From: Deltaproteobacteria bacterium
GTDB taxonomy: Bacteria; Desulfobacterota; Binatia; UBA12015
DNA: 41,895 bases
Direction: 5' to 3'
Assembly: GCA_046583355.1 (NCBI GenBank)
Contig: JAYGCM010000038.1
Coordinates: 1-41,895, forward strand
The notes below the pieces were generated by a model that saw only the letters and a list, made by a program, of their open reading frames with translations, did no database searches and was not told the DNA's origin. Below are positions 8,528 through 18,822 of the stretch, one piece after another. The first letter of the stretch is position 1. The number at the start of each line of letters is the position of its first letter. The position numbers and the translations under genes were made by a program.

Positions 8528-9238
8528 CTAAGAGTCGAATCTGAGCACAATGCGTGCGCTGGCTACGCCAGAGGCGCTGCCGCCACGATTGAACATCTCG
8601 GCACCATGGAACTCAATAAGCTTTGGCCTGATTTGCGTCCGGCTCGGATTGATGCCGAAAAACTCTCGCACCTCCGCCTCGACGGTAAGCCCATCGGGAT
8701 GCCCCAATGTCGACTTGAGAGCCAGCGCGAGGTATAGCGACGGCGCGGCGTAAATCGCGCCGAGATTTCCTTGAAACTTGTCGATCGTATTGGGATCACC
8801 GTCGCAGCCCGCATTAAAGAGAGAGTTCTCCGGGTTGCGCGGTATCACGGCGACAAACACGGAGCCCAGTTTCCGGCCCTTGTTCAATCGTGCATAGGCG
8901 CGCATATTGCCCTCACTCGGCTCCCCGCTGAGCCAATGCTGCGTATGCGCGCCGCGAATGGTGCAGGAATGCTCCCCGATCAGAGTGAGGTCAGGAATGA
9001 TAAACCAACTCGAACCAATCCAGGCGCTGCGCGGTAGGTCGAATGTGACGACAGCATCGAGCACATCCCCGCTGGGATTCGGCGCCAAGACAGCCGTGCC
9101 CTTCAGTTTCTGCGCCGCTGCGGGCGCAGCCGAGATCAGAGCGGTGATCACCGCAAAGGTCAGAATTCGCGCACATCCAGCGAGGGCCGCTGCGGTCGAG
9201 CACGTTGATTTTGGATTTGGGTTCTCGAGTGCTGGCAT
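8528..9238 (-). CDS. Secreted hypothetical protein
   Basis: Open frame with signal-like ILTFAVITALISAAPAAA|QKLKG; start uncertain (9238 chosen; ORF is open to 9355). Confidence 0.6.
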   Translation of the reverse strand: MPALENPNPKSTCSTAAALAGCARILTFAVITALISAAPAAAQKLKGTAVLAPNPSGDVLDAVVTFDLPRSAWIGSSWFIIPDLTLIGEHSCTIRGAHTQHWLSGEPSEGNMRAYARLNKGRKLGSVFVAVIPRNPENSLFNAGCDGDPNTIDKFQGNLGAIYAAPSLYLALALKSTLGHPDGLTVEAEVREFFGINPSRTQIRPKLIEFHGAEMFNRGGSASGVASARIVLRFDS

Positions 9239-9475
9239 GTGGAACTCTGGGTTGGGAGAAGCGAGTTTCAGGTTCCGCGTACTTCTACTCCCCATTATGC
9301 GAGAGCAACCATCCGTCGGATAGTGAAATATGCCGCAACCCGCCGCGTTGGGCAATGCCTATTCTCAACCCGCGAGACGAACCCGCAGGAAAACCTTGGT
9401 ATGTAGCGGAATATTCGACTCTTGGTCAGTTTGTTCTACTGGGATTGGCAGTGGAACCGTGGTGGGATTTGAGGC

Positions 9476-10747
9476 TCAGGGCAGAGGGTTGCAGATGAAA
9501 TGGCGGCGCCGCTTGTGCTCGCATTGGCTGATGCTCGCAACCCTGTCGATGCCGCCAGTCCCCACCGAAATTTCGACCGGCGTCGCAAGCAAAGTGGTGA
9601 TATCGAGGTTGCGAAGCTTGATCTTGAAATCGTAGCGCTCGATCTCCCCGGTGTCTCCCTTGCGGTGGCGGAAGATCGCGAGGCCGAGACGTGACGGGAG
9701 GCGGCATCTGTATCCATTGCGGGTCGCGGCACACTCTTGGTGCGTAAAGCGGACAGTATGGTCGCTGGTATTTGCATCGCCGCGAAAGCGAACCTTCAAG
9801 CCTGCACGCGGATCGAAGATATCGGCCGCACCCTGTACGCCGATGGGAAAGGAGCCGCGCGCGATAACGGAGCCCAGCTTCCAAACGAAAGTGAAGCTGA
9901 TCTTCGCATGATGTAGTGTGCTCGCGGCGTCGTTTTCATCGCAATTATCGGTCGTGCCATCGGCATCCAGGTCGGGTCCATCGCATCCGCAATAGCCTTC
10001 GAGACAGATATCTGGGCCGGTGTCGGGATTGCCATCAGTGCATATTTCACCGTCCGGGGCATGGAGGTCTACGGTACAGATGGGGCTCAGACCGGTGCAT
10101 AGTTCGGCGTTGTCACACTCTCCGGCAGCCGCGCGGCAGGTGTCGCCAGCGGGGCGAAAACCGTCCTCCGGACAATCGACTGCGGAGCCACTACAGCTCT
10201 CGGCAGCATCGCAGCCGCCGGCGGGTTCACGGCAGACGATTCCCGCGGAGAGAAAGCCGTTGGAAGGGCAGGCCCGAGTCGTACCGTCACAGCGTTCGAC
10301 GACATCACAGGCGCCGCGTAGCCGCCGGCAGCGGCGCCCGGCGTTGTGCAGTTGGTCGTAGGGGCAGTCAGGAGCATGGCCCGAGCAGAGCTCGGGGATG
10401 TCGCATGCGCCGTTGCGGGGGCGGCAGACCTTGGTGTCGAGCGCGAATCGGTCGGTCGGGCAGCCCGGTGAAACACCGTCGCAGGTCTCGTGGATATCGC
10501 ATTCGCCGATGCTGGCCCGGCAGATAGTCCCCGATGGCTCCACGGTGCATGTGGCCGAGCAGCAATCGCCGTCGTACGTGTTCCCGTCGTCGCAGGCTTC
10601 GCCTATCTCGACGATACCGTCGCCGCAGGCAGCCACGGCGAGCTGCGGTGACGCCATCGCCAACAACGACATCGAGAGCGCCAGAAGGAACTGTCGCGAG
10701 ACGCTCAAGGCGCGAGCCGAACTCGTCGGATCCTGCACTGATTTCAT
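9476..10747 (-). CDS. Secreted Cys-rich protein: myxobacterial Cys-rich (DUF4215-like) unit + five disintegrin-like repeats + basic C-terminal domain
   Basis: Signal peptide ending PQLAVA; CGDGIVEIGEACDDGNTYDGDCCSATC; 5x CR....xCD..E.C.G....CP.D. Confidence 0.85.
   Translation of the reverse strand: MKSVQDPTSSARALSVSRQFLLALSMSLLAMASPQLAVAACGDGIVEIGEACDDGNTYDGDCCSATCTVEPSGTICRASIGECDIHETCDGVSPGCPTDRFALDTKVCRPRNGACDIPELCSGHAPDCPYDQLHNAGRRCRRLRGACDVVERCDGTTRACPSNGFLSAGIVCREPAGGCDAAESCSGSAVDCPEDGFRPAGDTCRAAAGECDNAELCTGLSPICTVDLHAPDGEICTDGNPDTGPDICLEGYCGCDGPDLDADGTTDNCDENDAASTLHHAKISFTFVWKLGSVIARGSFPIGVQGAADIFDPRAGLKVRFRGDANTSDHTVRFTHQECAATRNGYRCRLPSRLGLAIFRHRKGDTGEIERYDFKIKLRNLDITTLLATPVEISVGTGGIDRVASISQCEHKRRRHFICNPLP
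10043..10522 (-). repeat. Five tandem 32-aa disintegrin-loop-like repeats
   Basis: CRASIGECDIHETCDG / CRPRNGACDIPELCSG / CRRLRGACDVVERCDG / CREPAGGCDAAESCSG / CRAAAGECDNAELCTG at a 96-nt period. Confidence 0.9.
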
Positions 10748-10804
10748 GTGTAAACCTATTGTTCTAGAACCGGGAGGGGAAAGGGGTTGCGGTCGCACGG
10801 ATTC

Positions 10805-12253
10805 TCAGCGCAAACGCCACCCGCGACGACGCTGTGTCCAAACCGAATCATCGGAGCCTTCATTGTTGCCTATGCGCCACGTGGCGGTCATTTGTGCCTG
10901 GTCGGCGGCGTCAAACTGCCCTCGTGCCTTGAGGTCGAGGCGCCATTCGCCGGTCGCGGTGTGGATCAAGCGCAGCCGATCTACGCCGGTGGAGGGCTGT
11001 CGTTCCCGCGTCTGGAAGAGGGTCGTGCCGTGCGCGTAGAGTGAGCCTGCGGGAACCACCGCACGGAAGATCAGGCTGTCGGCATCGCCGAATTCGAGTA
11101 CGAAATCATCAGTGTTTGGGTCGATCTCGGTGGTTGTCCGGAAGGTGAAGGTGAGGCGGATCTGATCGTCGTGCCGGTCTCGGCGCGCGAATTTGATGCG
11201 CCCCCGCCGCCTGGCGCCGCCCGCGCCACCTCCAGCGCCACACCCTGAGATGCATGGGGAGCCGCCAATCACGCTGACCGAATTACCATAGGGAACGAGA
11301 TCGCCGTACTCACGCTCGGAGTATACGCGGCAGCCGTCTACGCTCACTCCCGACACGCTGTTGTCGTAGGCTCCATCGAAAGCAAAACAAGTGCTTGCCT
11401 TGAGGACGGATCCACCGGTGATTTGATTGGTATGCGGGTGGGTCCACCCCGCATCCGGATCTTCGAATGCTTGAAAGGTGAAACGCCCCGCGGCGAGCTG
11501 ATTGTCGGCAAAAAGGTTGCCGTGTGAGTCGCCACGAACCACGACCGAGCGATCCGTGATGTCGTTGCTGCGGATTTCGTTGTTGTCCGCATGCTTCAAC
11601 AGGATTGTCGGCTCCTTGCTCGTCCCGAGTGTGTTGTTCAGGATCTTGTTCCCGGACGTCCTCAGCAAGTAGATATTTTCCCGGCCACTTTTGGACACCT
11701 GGTTGCGCAGAATGAGCGTGTCGCTTGTTCCGCTGCCGAGATGAATTCCTTCGTCGTCGTTGTCGCGTACGACGTTCTCGATGATGCGGGTGCCGGCGGC
11801 CGATCGTCCGACCCAGATCCCGTGCATGTTGTTGAATATTTCGTTGGAGCGCACGAGCGCATCCGTGCCGCCATCAACCAGAATTCCGTCGCCAAAATTA
11901 CGCAGCCGGCAATTTTGGACGGTGATATCGGATCCACCGTCGATATGCACCCCGGTGGTGTCGGAGTGGTCGCCCGGTCCGGAAATCTGATGGCCAGCGC
12001 AATCCAGCGACCCTGCGACCAGGCGCAGACCATCATCACGACAGCCGTTCAGGTCGCCGCTCAACACAGTGTTAGCGATCACCGTATCGCCGCAAACGCA
12101 CGGAACCGCACCGCCGCAGGACCCCGCACGAGCCGGCGCAGCCGCAAGGAGGGCGAGGAGGCCGGCAACGCACAGAAGTGCACCAAGGGTGCGCCGCCGC
12201 GCGGGAGCGGGAGACGAAATAAGGGGACATCTTGTAGAAATAATATTTTTCAT
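10805..12253 (-). CDS. Secreted right-handed parallel beta-helix (pectin-lyase-like/NosD-CASH) protein with basic C-terminal domain
   Basis: Signal peptide ...LLALLAAAPARA; CGDTV..LSGDL..C..LDCAGH cap; repeated GI.(L/V)....N coils; Gly linker then RRRGRIKF domain. Confidence 0.85.
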   Translation of the reverse strand: MKNIISTRCPLISSPAPARRRTLGALLCVAGLLALLAAAPARAGSCGGAVPCVCGDTVIANTVLSGDLNGCRDDGLRLVAGSLDCAGHQISGPGDHSDTTGVHIDGGSDITVQNCRLRNFGDGILVDGGTDALVRSNEIFNNMHGIWVGRSAAGTRIIENVVRDNDDEGIHLGSGTSDTLILRNQVSKSGRENIYLLRTSGNKILNNTLGTSKEPTILLKHADNNEIRSNDITDRSVVVRGDSHGNLFADNQLAAGRFTFQAFEDPDAGWTHPHTNQITGGSVLKASTCFAFDGAYDNSVSGVSVDGCRVYSEREYGDLVPYGNSVSVIGGSPCISGCGAGGGAGGARRRGRIKFARRDRHDDQIRLTFTFRTTTEIDPNTDDFVLEFGDADSLIFRAVVPAGSLYAHGTTLFQTRERQPSTGVDRLRLIHTATGEWRLDLKARGQFDAADQAQMTATWRIGNNEGSDDSVWTQRRRGWRLR

Positions 12254-12780
12254 GGCTATGGCATGACTGTTATCGTTACTTGGTCGCAGCATCGTAAGGT
12301 GTGATCAGCAAGATGAGTACCAGAAGGTAAGGATTTTGGGGCGACTGGTCGAAGTGGGAGAGTAGTGGAGCGGTACGGTAATAATGGTGGAGAGGTTCGG
12401 GGCTGCGCAATAGGGAGATTGAGTTTTCCGCACTTTGCGGCTCGGCAAGGCGCTTCGGCGTCGTCCCATATTGCGCCGGGCAGTGGCTGTGAGGGCACCG
12501 CTTGTACTCTTGCATTGCTGCAACGAATTGCGATGGTGCAAGTCCCCTGGCGGGCGGCACAGGTCAATCCGCCTTCCAAGTCCCCGTTTTGCAAGGTGGG
12601 GGCTGGCCGCTGAATTGCTCTAAGTTGTCCTGACTCCCTGCACCGGAAATTGAAGGAGCCACTGCACTGGCCCCGCTTCACCGATTTGACAAGACCGCCA
12701 CGCTTAATCCGATCCAACGCACGAATGCACGTTCCCAGGCATCCCAGCAACGGATGGCCTGCGAAGGAATCCAACCCACA

Positions 12781-15700
12781 ATGAAGATGCTCCGTAATGT
12801 TTCCAAAGGGCTGCGCACTGGTACGTCCCGTTTCCGTGGCACACTCCTGGCGCTGAGCCTCGTCGTGCTGGGCGGCGGTCTGCTGCCGGCATCAGCCACC
12901 GCGGACCGCGAACCGCGAATCCGCGAGTTGATTCTCGCCCCCGAGCTCCTCACGCTCGCACCCGGCGAGACCGCCCAACTCGAAGTGATCGGCGTCTATG
13001 ATGACGGTTCGCGTGTCGATATGACAAACCACGTCGAGTACACCGTGCGCAGCGAGAAAGTCGCCGAGGTGAGTGCGTCCGGGTTGCTGCGGGCGCTCGG
13101 GGCGGGACGTACCGATATCGATGTCCAGGATCCCGTCTCGGGTGAGAAATCACGGAGCGCGGCCAAACTTGATGTGCCCAAGGTCAAGCGCCTCTCGATC
13201 GATCCGGTCGCGGTGCGCTTGGAGGTCGGAACCGGCTATCAGCTTCGTGCGTTTGCGACGACGGACAACGGCTGGACCGGCATCGATATGACCGAGTTGG
13301 TCGAGTGGACGTCGGATCGCGGATCCCGCGCCATGGTCGGTGACGGGCGGATTGCCCCCAAAGGCTTCGTCGAGGCGTTTTCGCGCGGGGAAGTCAAGAT
13401 CCGAGTCAAAGATCCCGTGACGGGCATTCGCAGCGATCGCGATTCCGGAGTGATTGAGGTCGTCGAGCCCGGCCAGGGGGGGATCGGCACTCCGATCGAC
13501 CCCGAGACCGGCGGTGGCGGCGAGACCGGCGGTGGCGGCGAGACCGGCGGTGGCGGTGAGACCGGCGGTGGCGGTGAGACCGGCGGCGGCGGTGAGACCG
13601 GCGGCGGCGGTGAGACCGGCGGTGGCGGTGAAAGTTGGCCGATGGACGATCTGGAGGAAATCCGCATCGAGCCCGCAAGCAGTGACCTGATTCCTGGAGA
13701 AACCGTGCAGCTCCGTGTCGTCGGCGTCTTCAAGGGGCAGGCCGAACGCGACCTCACCGAGCGTGTCGAATTCTATTCGCGCAGCGAACGTATCGTCTCG
13801 GTTGATGCGCAGGGCCTGGCGACTGCCTGGACGGACGGCCGTGCGCGGCTCGAAGCTCTCGAGCCTGAGACACGCATGAAATCGCGCGATTCCGCCTTCG
13901 TGACCGTCGGCGAGTTGACCGACCTCGCCATCGAGCCTGCGGCGCCCATCGTGGTGCCTGGCGCGACGGTGTCGCTCAGGGCGATTGGGACATACGACAA
14001 CGGTCGTACCGGTATCGACGTCACCGAGATTGTCAGTTGGACGTCGAGCAAATCCCGCGTGGCGATTGTCGGCGATACCGAAGAGGCGAAAGGACTTGTC
14101 TACGGCCGCGAGGAGGGCGTCGCGCTGATCAGCGTACGCGACCGAGACTCCGGCGCCAAATCCGGCAGGCATGTCGGGATCCTCACTGTCCGCGCTGAGG
14201 GATCCGATAGCGGCGGCGGCGAGCCCGGCGAAGGTTCCGGCGGCAGCGATGGCAGCGAAGAGACCGTCGACCCGCCGGCCGGCCGGCTTATGGATCTCCT
14301 CTTCGAGCCTGCCAGCCTCTCCCTCCTGCCTGGGGAAACCTCGTCGGTGCGTGTAATGGGCCTCTACGAGGATGGTTCCCGCTTCGATCTGACCGATCAC
14401 GTAGAGTTCCGCTCCCGGCGCACCCGGATTGCCGATGTCGGGGCGGGGGGCCTGGTGCGGGCCGTCGCCTCGGGTGACGCGGACGCCAAGGCGCGCGAGC
14501 CGGCTTCGCGCCGCCAGAGTCGCAAGGCACTGAAGATTCATGTACGCGAAATCGCTTCGATTCGTCTCGAACCGCAGGAAAAAGTTGTCGGGGTAGGTCA
14601 AGAGGTGCAGTTCCGCGCGATCGCACTCTACGATGATGGCGTCTCGGAATCGGATGTGACCGACGCAGTCGAGTGGAAATCGAATAAATCGTCGATTGCA
14701 GATGTCGATGACGATAGCCAAAAGGGGCTCGTGCGCGGGCGCAAAGAAGGCGAGACCATAATCATCGTCAAGCATCGTGATGCGGGCGTGGAATCCAGCA
14801 AGCTGGATGGCATTACTCGGGTGGTGGAGTCGAGCACCGGTGGGGGATCGACCACGCCAACCACGCCCGTGTTCGATCCTGACGAATTGGTCGAATTGTC
14901 CGTCCTGCCCAATCCCGTCTCCGTCCTGCCCGGCTCCAGTCTTCCTCTACAGGTGTATGGAGTCTACGGGGATGGCCGCACCGTCAACATTACAGCTCAG
15001 GTATCGATCCGTTCGCGGGACTCGCGGGCCCTCAAGGTAGTCAACGGCAACGAGCTCGTCGGACGCCGCTCTGGCAGCGTTGAGCTGCGGATCTCCTACA
15101 ACGCAGCCGGACTCACCCTTGAGGTGCCGGCGCGGGTCGCGGCTCTCTCGCGGCTGACCGTTCATCCGTCGGTGGCGGGGCTGCGGGTCGGAGGAGAAGT
15201 CCAATTACGCGTCTTCGCCGAATTCGATGACGGCACGACCGGCATCGATATCACAAATGATGTTAGCTTTCGCACTCGCGAAGATGACGTGATCGAAATC
15301 CAGCAGCGTTCCGATGGCATATATGCGGTGGGCCTCAAGGGTGGCAAGGCGCTCGTGGAAGCCCGCCACAATACCACTCGCATGCTCTCGGACAAGATGA
15401 CCGGACAGATCGAGGTCGTCGCAAACCTGGAGCGAATGTTGGTCTCTCCCTCGCGCGTGGCTTTGCGCGTCGGCGAAACCAAGCGTTTCAAGGCGTGGGG
15501 CGTCGCACCAGGCGGTAGCTTGATCAACATCTCCTCGGCAGTGCAATGGTCGGTTTCCGATGCCTCGGTTGCCTCGATTGACAACTCCGGCAAGGCCAAG
15601 GGCCTCGCGCCGGGCGAGACGCTGGTCGTTGCCCTCGATCCAGTATCGGGCCTGGCGAGTTCGGACTTTTTCCCTGATCGGCCCCTCCTCGCCGTGGTCG

Positions 15701-16605
15701 GAGGACTCATTGGACTGCAGGTCAATACAACGAGCCTACGCTTTTGGACCGTGGCGCCGCAGGTGCTTCTCGCGGCCAGCGAGACCAAGGAATTGAAAGG
15801 CCTGGGCCGTTTCGCCGGACGCGAGGATCCGTTCAAACAAAACGGTCTCACCTGGAGCTCAAGTGACCCGCGCGCGGTTCCCGTCTCGCGCTCCGGAGTG
15901 GTCACGTGCGCCGAGCCGGGCGTTGCCACCATTGCTGTCTGGGAGCCGCAGAGCGGTCTCACCTCGACCGCCACTCTGGGTGACGTCGAAGTGGTTTGTG
16001 CGGGTAATATTCTGGCATTGGTGATCGAACCGCCGAGTCTTCTCCTCGATGTCGATCGCACGCGTCAGGTACGTGCCTACCGCATCATGGAGGATGGCAG
16101 CCGGATCGACGTAACTCGCAAGGTGGTCTGGAGTTCGAGCGACGAGAAGGCCGCGCGCATCAATGAGTTCGGCAGCAAGGGCGGATTGATCCTCGGACGT
16201 AATCAGGGTGAGACCACGGTATCGGCCTTCGATGCCGCTTTCGGCATCAGCACCAACGATGGCGGTGGCGTCAACTTAATGGTCACCGTGGCGCGAGTGC
16301 CGACCTCGCTACGCATCTTCCCCGTCGTGGCCCAGCCCGGGCTCGGAGGGAATCTTGAGGGTGCCGTCGATGAGATCCTGCGGCTGAAGGCCAAAGTCAC
16401 CTACCGTGGCGGAGCAACCGAAGGGGTCAACCGGACTGTCATCTGGTCCTCGTCCAATACCGACGTGGTGCGGATGGGCGTGGGGTCCGAGGCTGACCCG
16501 GTCAACTGGGCCACGCTCGTGGGTACAGGTGACGCCACCATCACGATCACCTACCCCGGCTTCCCGAATACCAAGGGCACAATTGAGGTAAAGGTCCTGC
16601 CCTGA
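12781..16605 (+). CDS. Secreted protein with ~12 bacterial Ig-like (Big_2/BID_2) domains, adhesin-like
   Basis: Signal peptide LLALSLVVLGGGLLPASATA; recurring L.I.P....L..G...QL...G.YDDG...D.T..V.WSSS...A.V...G.V.....G...I. Confidence 0.9.
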   Translation: MKMLRNVSKGLRTGTSRFRGTLLALSLVVLGGGLLPASATADREPRIRELILAPELLTLAPGETAQLEVIGVYDDGSRVDMTNHVEYTVRSEKVAEVSASGLLRALGAGRTDIDVQDPVSGEKSRSAAKLDVPKVKRLSIDPVAVRLEVGTGYQLRAFATTDNGWTGIDMTELVEWTSDRGSRAMVGDGRIAPKGFVEAFSRGEVKIRVKDPVTGIRSDRDSGVIEVVEPGQGGIGTPIDPETGGGGETGGGGETGGGGETGGGGETGGGGETGGGGETGGGGESWPMDDLEEIRIEPASSDLIPGETVQLRVVGVFKGQAERDLTERVEFYSRSERIVSVDAQGLATAWTDGRARLEALEPETRMKSRDSAFVTVGELTDLAIEPAAPIVVPGATVSLRAIGTYDNGRTGIDVTEIVSWTSSKSRVAIVGDTEEAKGLVYGREEGVALISVRDRDSGAKSGRHVGILTVRAEGSDSGGGEPGEGSGGSDGSEETVDPPAGRLMDLLFEPASLSLLPGETSSVRVMGLYEDGSRFDLTDHVEFRSRRTRIADVGAGGLVRAVASGDADAKAREPASRRQSRKALKIHVREIASIRLEPQEKVVGVGQEVQFRAIALYDDGVSESDVTDAVEWKSNKSSIADVDDDSQKGLVRGRKEGETIIIVKHRDAGVESSKLDGITRVVESSTGGGSTTPTTPVFDPDELVELSVLPNPVSVLPGSSLPLQVYGVYGDGRTVNITAQVSIRSRDSRALKVVNGNELVGRRSGSVELRISYNAAGLTLEVPARVAALSRLTVHPSVAGLRVGGEVQLRVFAEFDDGTTGIDITNDVSFRTREDDVIEIQQRSDGIYAVGLKGGKALVEARHNTTRMLSDKMTGQIEVVANLERMLVSPSRVALRVGETKRFKAWGVAPGGSLINISSAVQWSVSDASVASIDNSGKAKGLAPGETLVVALDPVSGLASSDFFPDRPLLAVVGGLIGLQVNTTSLRFWTVAPQVLLAASETKELKGLGRFAGREDPFKQNGLTWSSSDPRAVPVSRSGVVTCAEPGVATIAVWEPQSGLTSTATLGDVEVVCAGNILALVIEPPSLLLDVDRTRQVRAYRIMEDGSRIDVTRKVVWSSSDEKAARINEFGSKGGLILGRNQGETTVSAFDAAFGISTNDGGGVNLMVTVARVPTSLRIFPVVAQPGLGGNLEGAVDEILRLKAKVTYRGGATEGVNRTVIWSSSNTDVVRMGVGSEADPVNWATLVGTGDATITITYPGFPNTKGTIEVKVLP
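13504..13629 (+). repeat. 7 x 18-nt tandem repeat encoding an (ETGGGG)7 linker
   Basis: GAGACCGGCGGYGGCGGY units starting at 13504, 13522, 13540, 13558, 13576, 13594 and 13612. Confidence 0.95.
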
Positions 16606-16660
16606 TTTCCCCCAGCGCGGGGCCCGCACCTTGCTGGCTGCCTTTGAGCAAAAGTATTAG

Positions 16661-18715
16661 ATGACGAAAAATCAAAACCAAGGCATGCGAGCTTGCTGGG
16701 CGGGGCCGGCTTGCCTGGCCGTTTTTGTCATCGGTGCCCTCTTGGGTGCATCGGCCGAGGGGGCCTCCGCCGACGGCAATCGCGACCTGCTGAGCTGCGG
16801 GCGCCAACTCGCGGCCGGTGTCCATCGCTACGCGACGGAAACGGTCCACGTCCTGGCCGAATGTGAGGCCGATAACGCCAAGGATAACGAGAAGACCGAC
16901 TGCCCCACCGACCCAAGCGTGCTCGACGATCTCAAGAGTCGCGCCGAGAAACTCGGTCGTCGAGGCAAGAAATGCAAGGAGCCCGTCTTCAAGGCCCTGT
17001 GCCCCTTTGAGGTCCGACATCATTCGGAACTCGTGCCCGCCCTCGGCACGGCCGAAAATGGCGTTTCACACCAGATTCTCGACATGACCAACGCCCTCTT
17101 CCGAACCGATTTCGGCGGCAGTTGCCTGCGCCCGACCACGGCAGTCTCGCGCGAAGCGGCAGCGTGCGCAGATGGCCTCGCACGGACCGCCGAAGAGGTG
17201 CTCGACGACGTGCTGAAATGCACCATCAAATGCGAAGTCGGAAACCTGATTCCCTCGCGAAATCGGGGGCCTTGCCTGGACAAGGCCACCGGCGAGCCGC
17301 GCCGGGAGAAGATCGAAGTCTGCTACGACCGCGCCATCGAGGATATCTCGGATTCGCTCGGTAATCGCTGCAACGATTTCCTGCTACGCGAACTGGGCTG
17401 CCCCATGGGCGTCACGGATCTGCCCAGCCTCACCGTGGATCTCTTCGACGCAGTGCGCGAGATCACGGTCACCGCCACGCTCGGCGCCTATCGCTCGTCG
17501 TGTCGCAAGAATCTCGATTACGGCACGACGGAGGCCGCCACTCCGGCCAAGGCCACGCTCTCGCCGAGTGGACGTCAGGTCGAGATCGCCTGCGGTGACG
17601 TGCTGGACAGCGACTTCTTTGCCGGCGATACCGTTGTGGCCTTCGACTCCGATCTCGACTGCCGTGAGATCCGGGCCGAGGTGGGCGGAATCTCGGTTGC
17701 ACAGTCCGGCGTCACGATTTCGGGTCGATCCAAGTACCGAATTCGAGGGCCACAGAAAAAACAATACCAAACACAATTCGGAATCTTCTTGATGCCCGGC
17801 ATAGACGACGTGACCGTCAAGAGCTTCCGTTCGATCGAGCGGTTCGGCATCGGGATCGGCAACTACCTGGGCAACCAAAATCTGCGCGTCAGGGATCTGA
17901 CCGTGCGCCGTAATCGCATCGCCGGCATCGGCCTCAATGCTCCGAACTCTGAAATAGATGACGTACGCGCCGATCGAAACGTGATCGGAATCACCCTCAC
18001 CGGCCACGGCTCAACAATTCGGGACTCGCGCGCAGAGCGCTCCGAGCCCGCACCCGGCATCGGCATCCACCTGCGAAGTCTCGATCCGGATGGACTCGAC
18101 GCGATTCGCATCACATCGACCGAGATCTCCGGAAATCTCGTGGGGGTTGTTATCGAAGGTGGGCCTCATTTCCTCGAGGAAAGCGTGATCCGGGAAAATC
18201 TTGGCGATGGCGTCATCCTGCGGGCTCGCGACGCCAAGATGGAGTCCAATTCCATCAAACGCAACGGCGCACACGGCGTTGTGGTCGAGGGCGATGCCAA
18301 TCTGCTTACGGCGAACCATTCGGACGAAAACGCAGGGGCCGGCTTTGTCATCCTCGGTAGCGACAATTTACTAGACAACAATGACGCCGGAACCCTGACC
18401 GACCGCGGCAACGCAGGACCGGGCTTCTGGATTCTCGGCCCAGGCACCTTCCTCGATTCCAATACCGCAGAGGCCAATGCCGGCAGCGGCTTTCTCATCG
18501 AGGCCACAACACTGTCCATCGCCTCGAATAATGCCCAGAAAAATGGAGGCGCCGGCTTCGACATCATCGCGGCCGGAAACGCGCTTGACTCCAACGTAGC
18601 CGCCGAAAATGTCGGCTTCGAGTTCGCCATCGCCAGCGGCAACACCGATGTGCGAGGCAATCGCGCCAACGGCCGAACCATCAGTTTTCCCGAAACCGGA
18701 GCGAATATCGAGTAG
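16661..18715 (+). CDS. Secreted protein: duplicated Cys-rich helical module + parallel beta-helix domain
   Basis: 684 aa; signal peptide; N-terminal C-x21-C helices; IACGD...DSDLDC cap followed by N.A..N.G.GF.I coils. Confidence 0.85.
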   Translation: MTKNQNQGMRACWAGPACLAVFVIGALLGASAEGASADGNRDLLSCGRQLAAGVHRYATETVHVLAECEADNAKDNEKTDCPTDPSVLDDLKSRAEKLGRRGKKCKEPVFKALCPFEVRHHSELVPALGTAENGVSHQILDMTNALFRTDFGGSCLRPTTAVSREAAACADGLARTAEEVLDDVLKCTIKCEVGNLIPSRNRGPCLDKATGEPRREKIEVCYDRAIEDISDSLGNRCNDFLLRELGCPMGVTDLPSLTVDLFDAVREITVTATLGAYRSSCRKNLDYGTTEAATPAKATLSPSGRQVEIACGDVLDSDFFAGDTVVAFDSDLDCREIRAEVGGISVAQSGVTISGRSKYRIRGPQKKQYQTQFGIFLMPGIDDVTVKSFRSIERFGIGIGNYLGNQNLRVRDLTVRRNRIAGIGLNAPNSEIDDVRADRNVIGITLTGHGSTIRDSRAERSEPAPGIGIHLRSLDPDGLDAIRITSTEISGNLVGVVIEGGPHFLEESVIRENLGDGVILRARDAKMESNSIKRNGAHGVVVEGDANLLTANHSDENAGAGFVILGSDNLLDNNDAGTLTDRGNAGPGFWILGPGTFLDSNTAEANAGSGFLIEATTLSIASNNAQKNGGAGFDIIAAGNALDSNVAAENVGFEFAIASGNTDVRGNRANGRTISFPETGANIE

Positions 18716-18822
18716 TGGATTGAGGCCCGTTAGGCACCTGCATTTGCGCGTATCGACCGCCCTGTTGCACTGGGCGAGACGTTTGAGCGATTTCTACTTG
18801 CTGTCCGGAGCGGCGGTGTGCA

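Noticed and set aside
12254..12780. Riboswitch, ncRNA or sigma54 promoter in the long divergent intergenic region
   Set aside because: No recognisable riboswitch core and no correctly spaced GG-N10-GC box; only a duplicated CAAGTCCCC 9-mer and a TTGACA without a matching -10. An Infernal/Rfam scan would be needed
13504..13629. Short direct repeats as a possible CRISPR array
   Set aside because: Contiguous 18-nt units with no spacers, in frame as a Gly linker; no cas genes
18731..18748. Sigma54-like TAGGCACCTGCATTTGC upstream of 18823
   Set aside because: GG-to-GC spacing is 11 rather than the required 10
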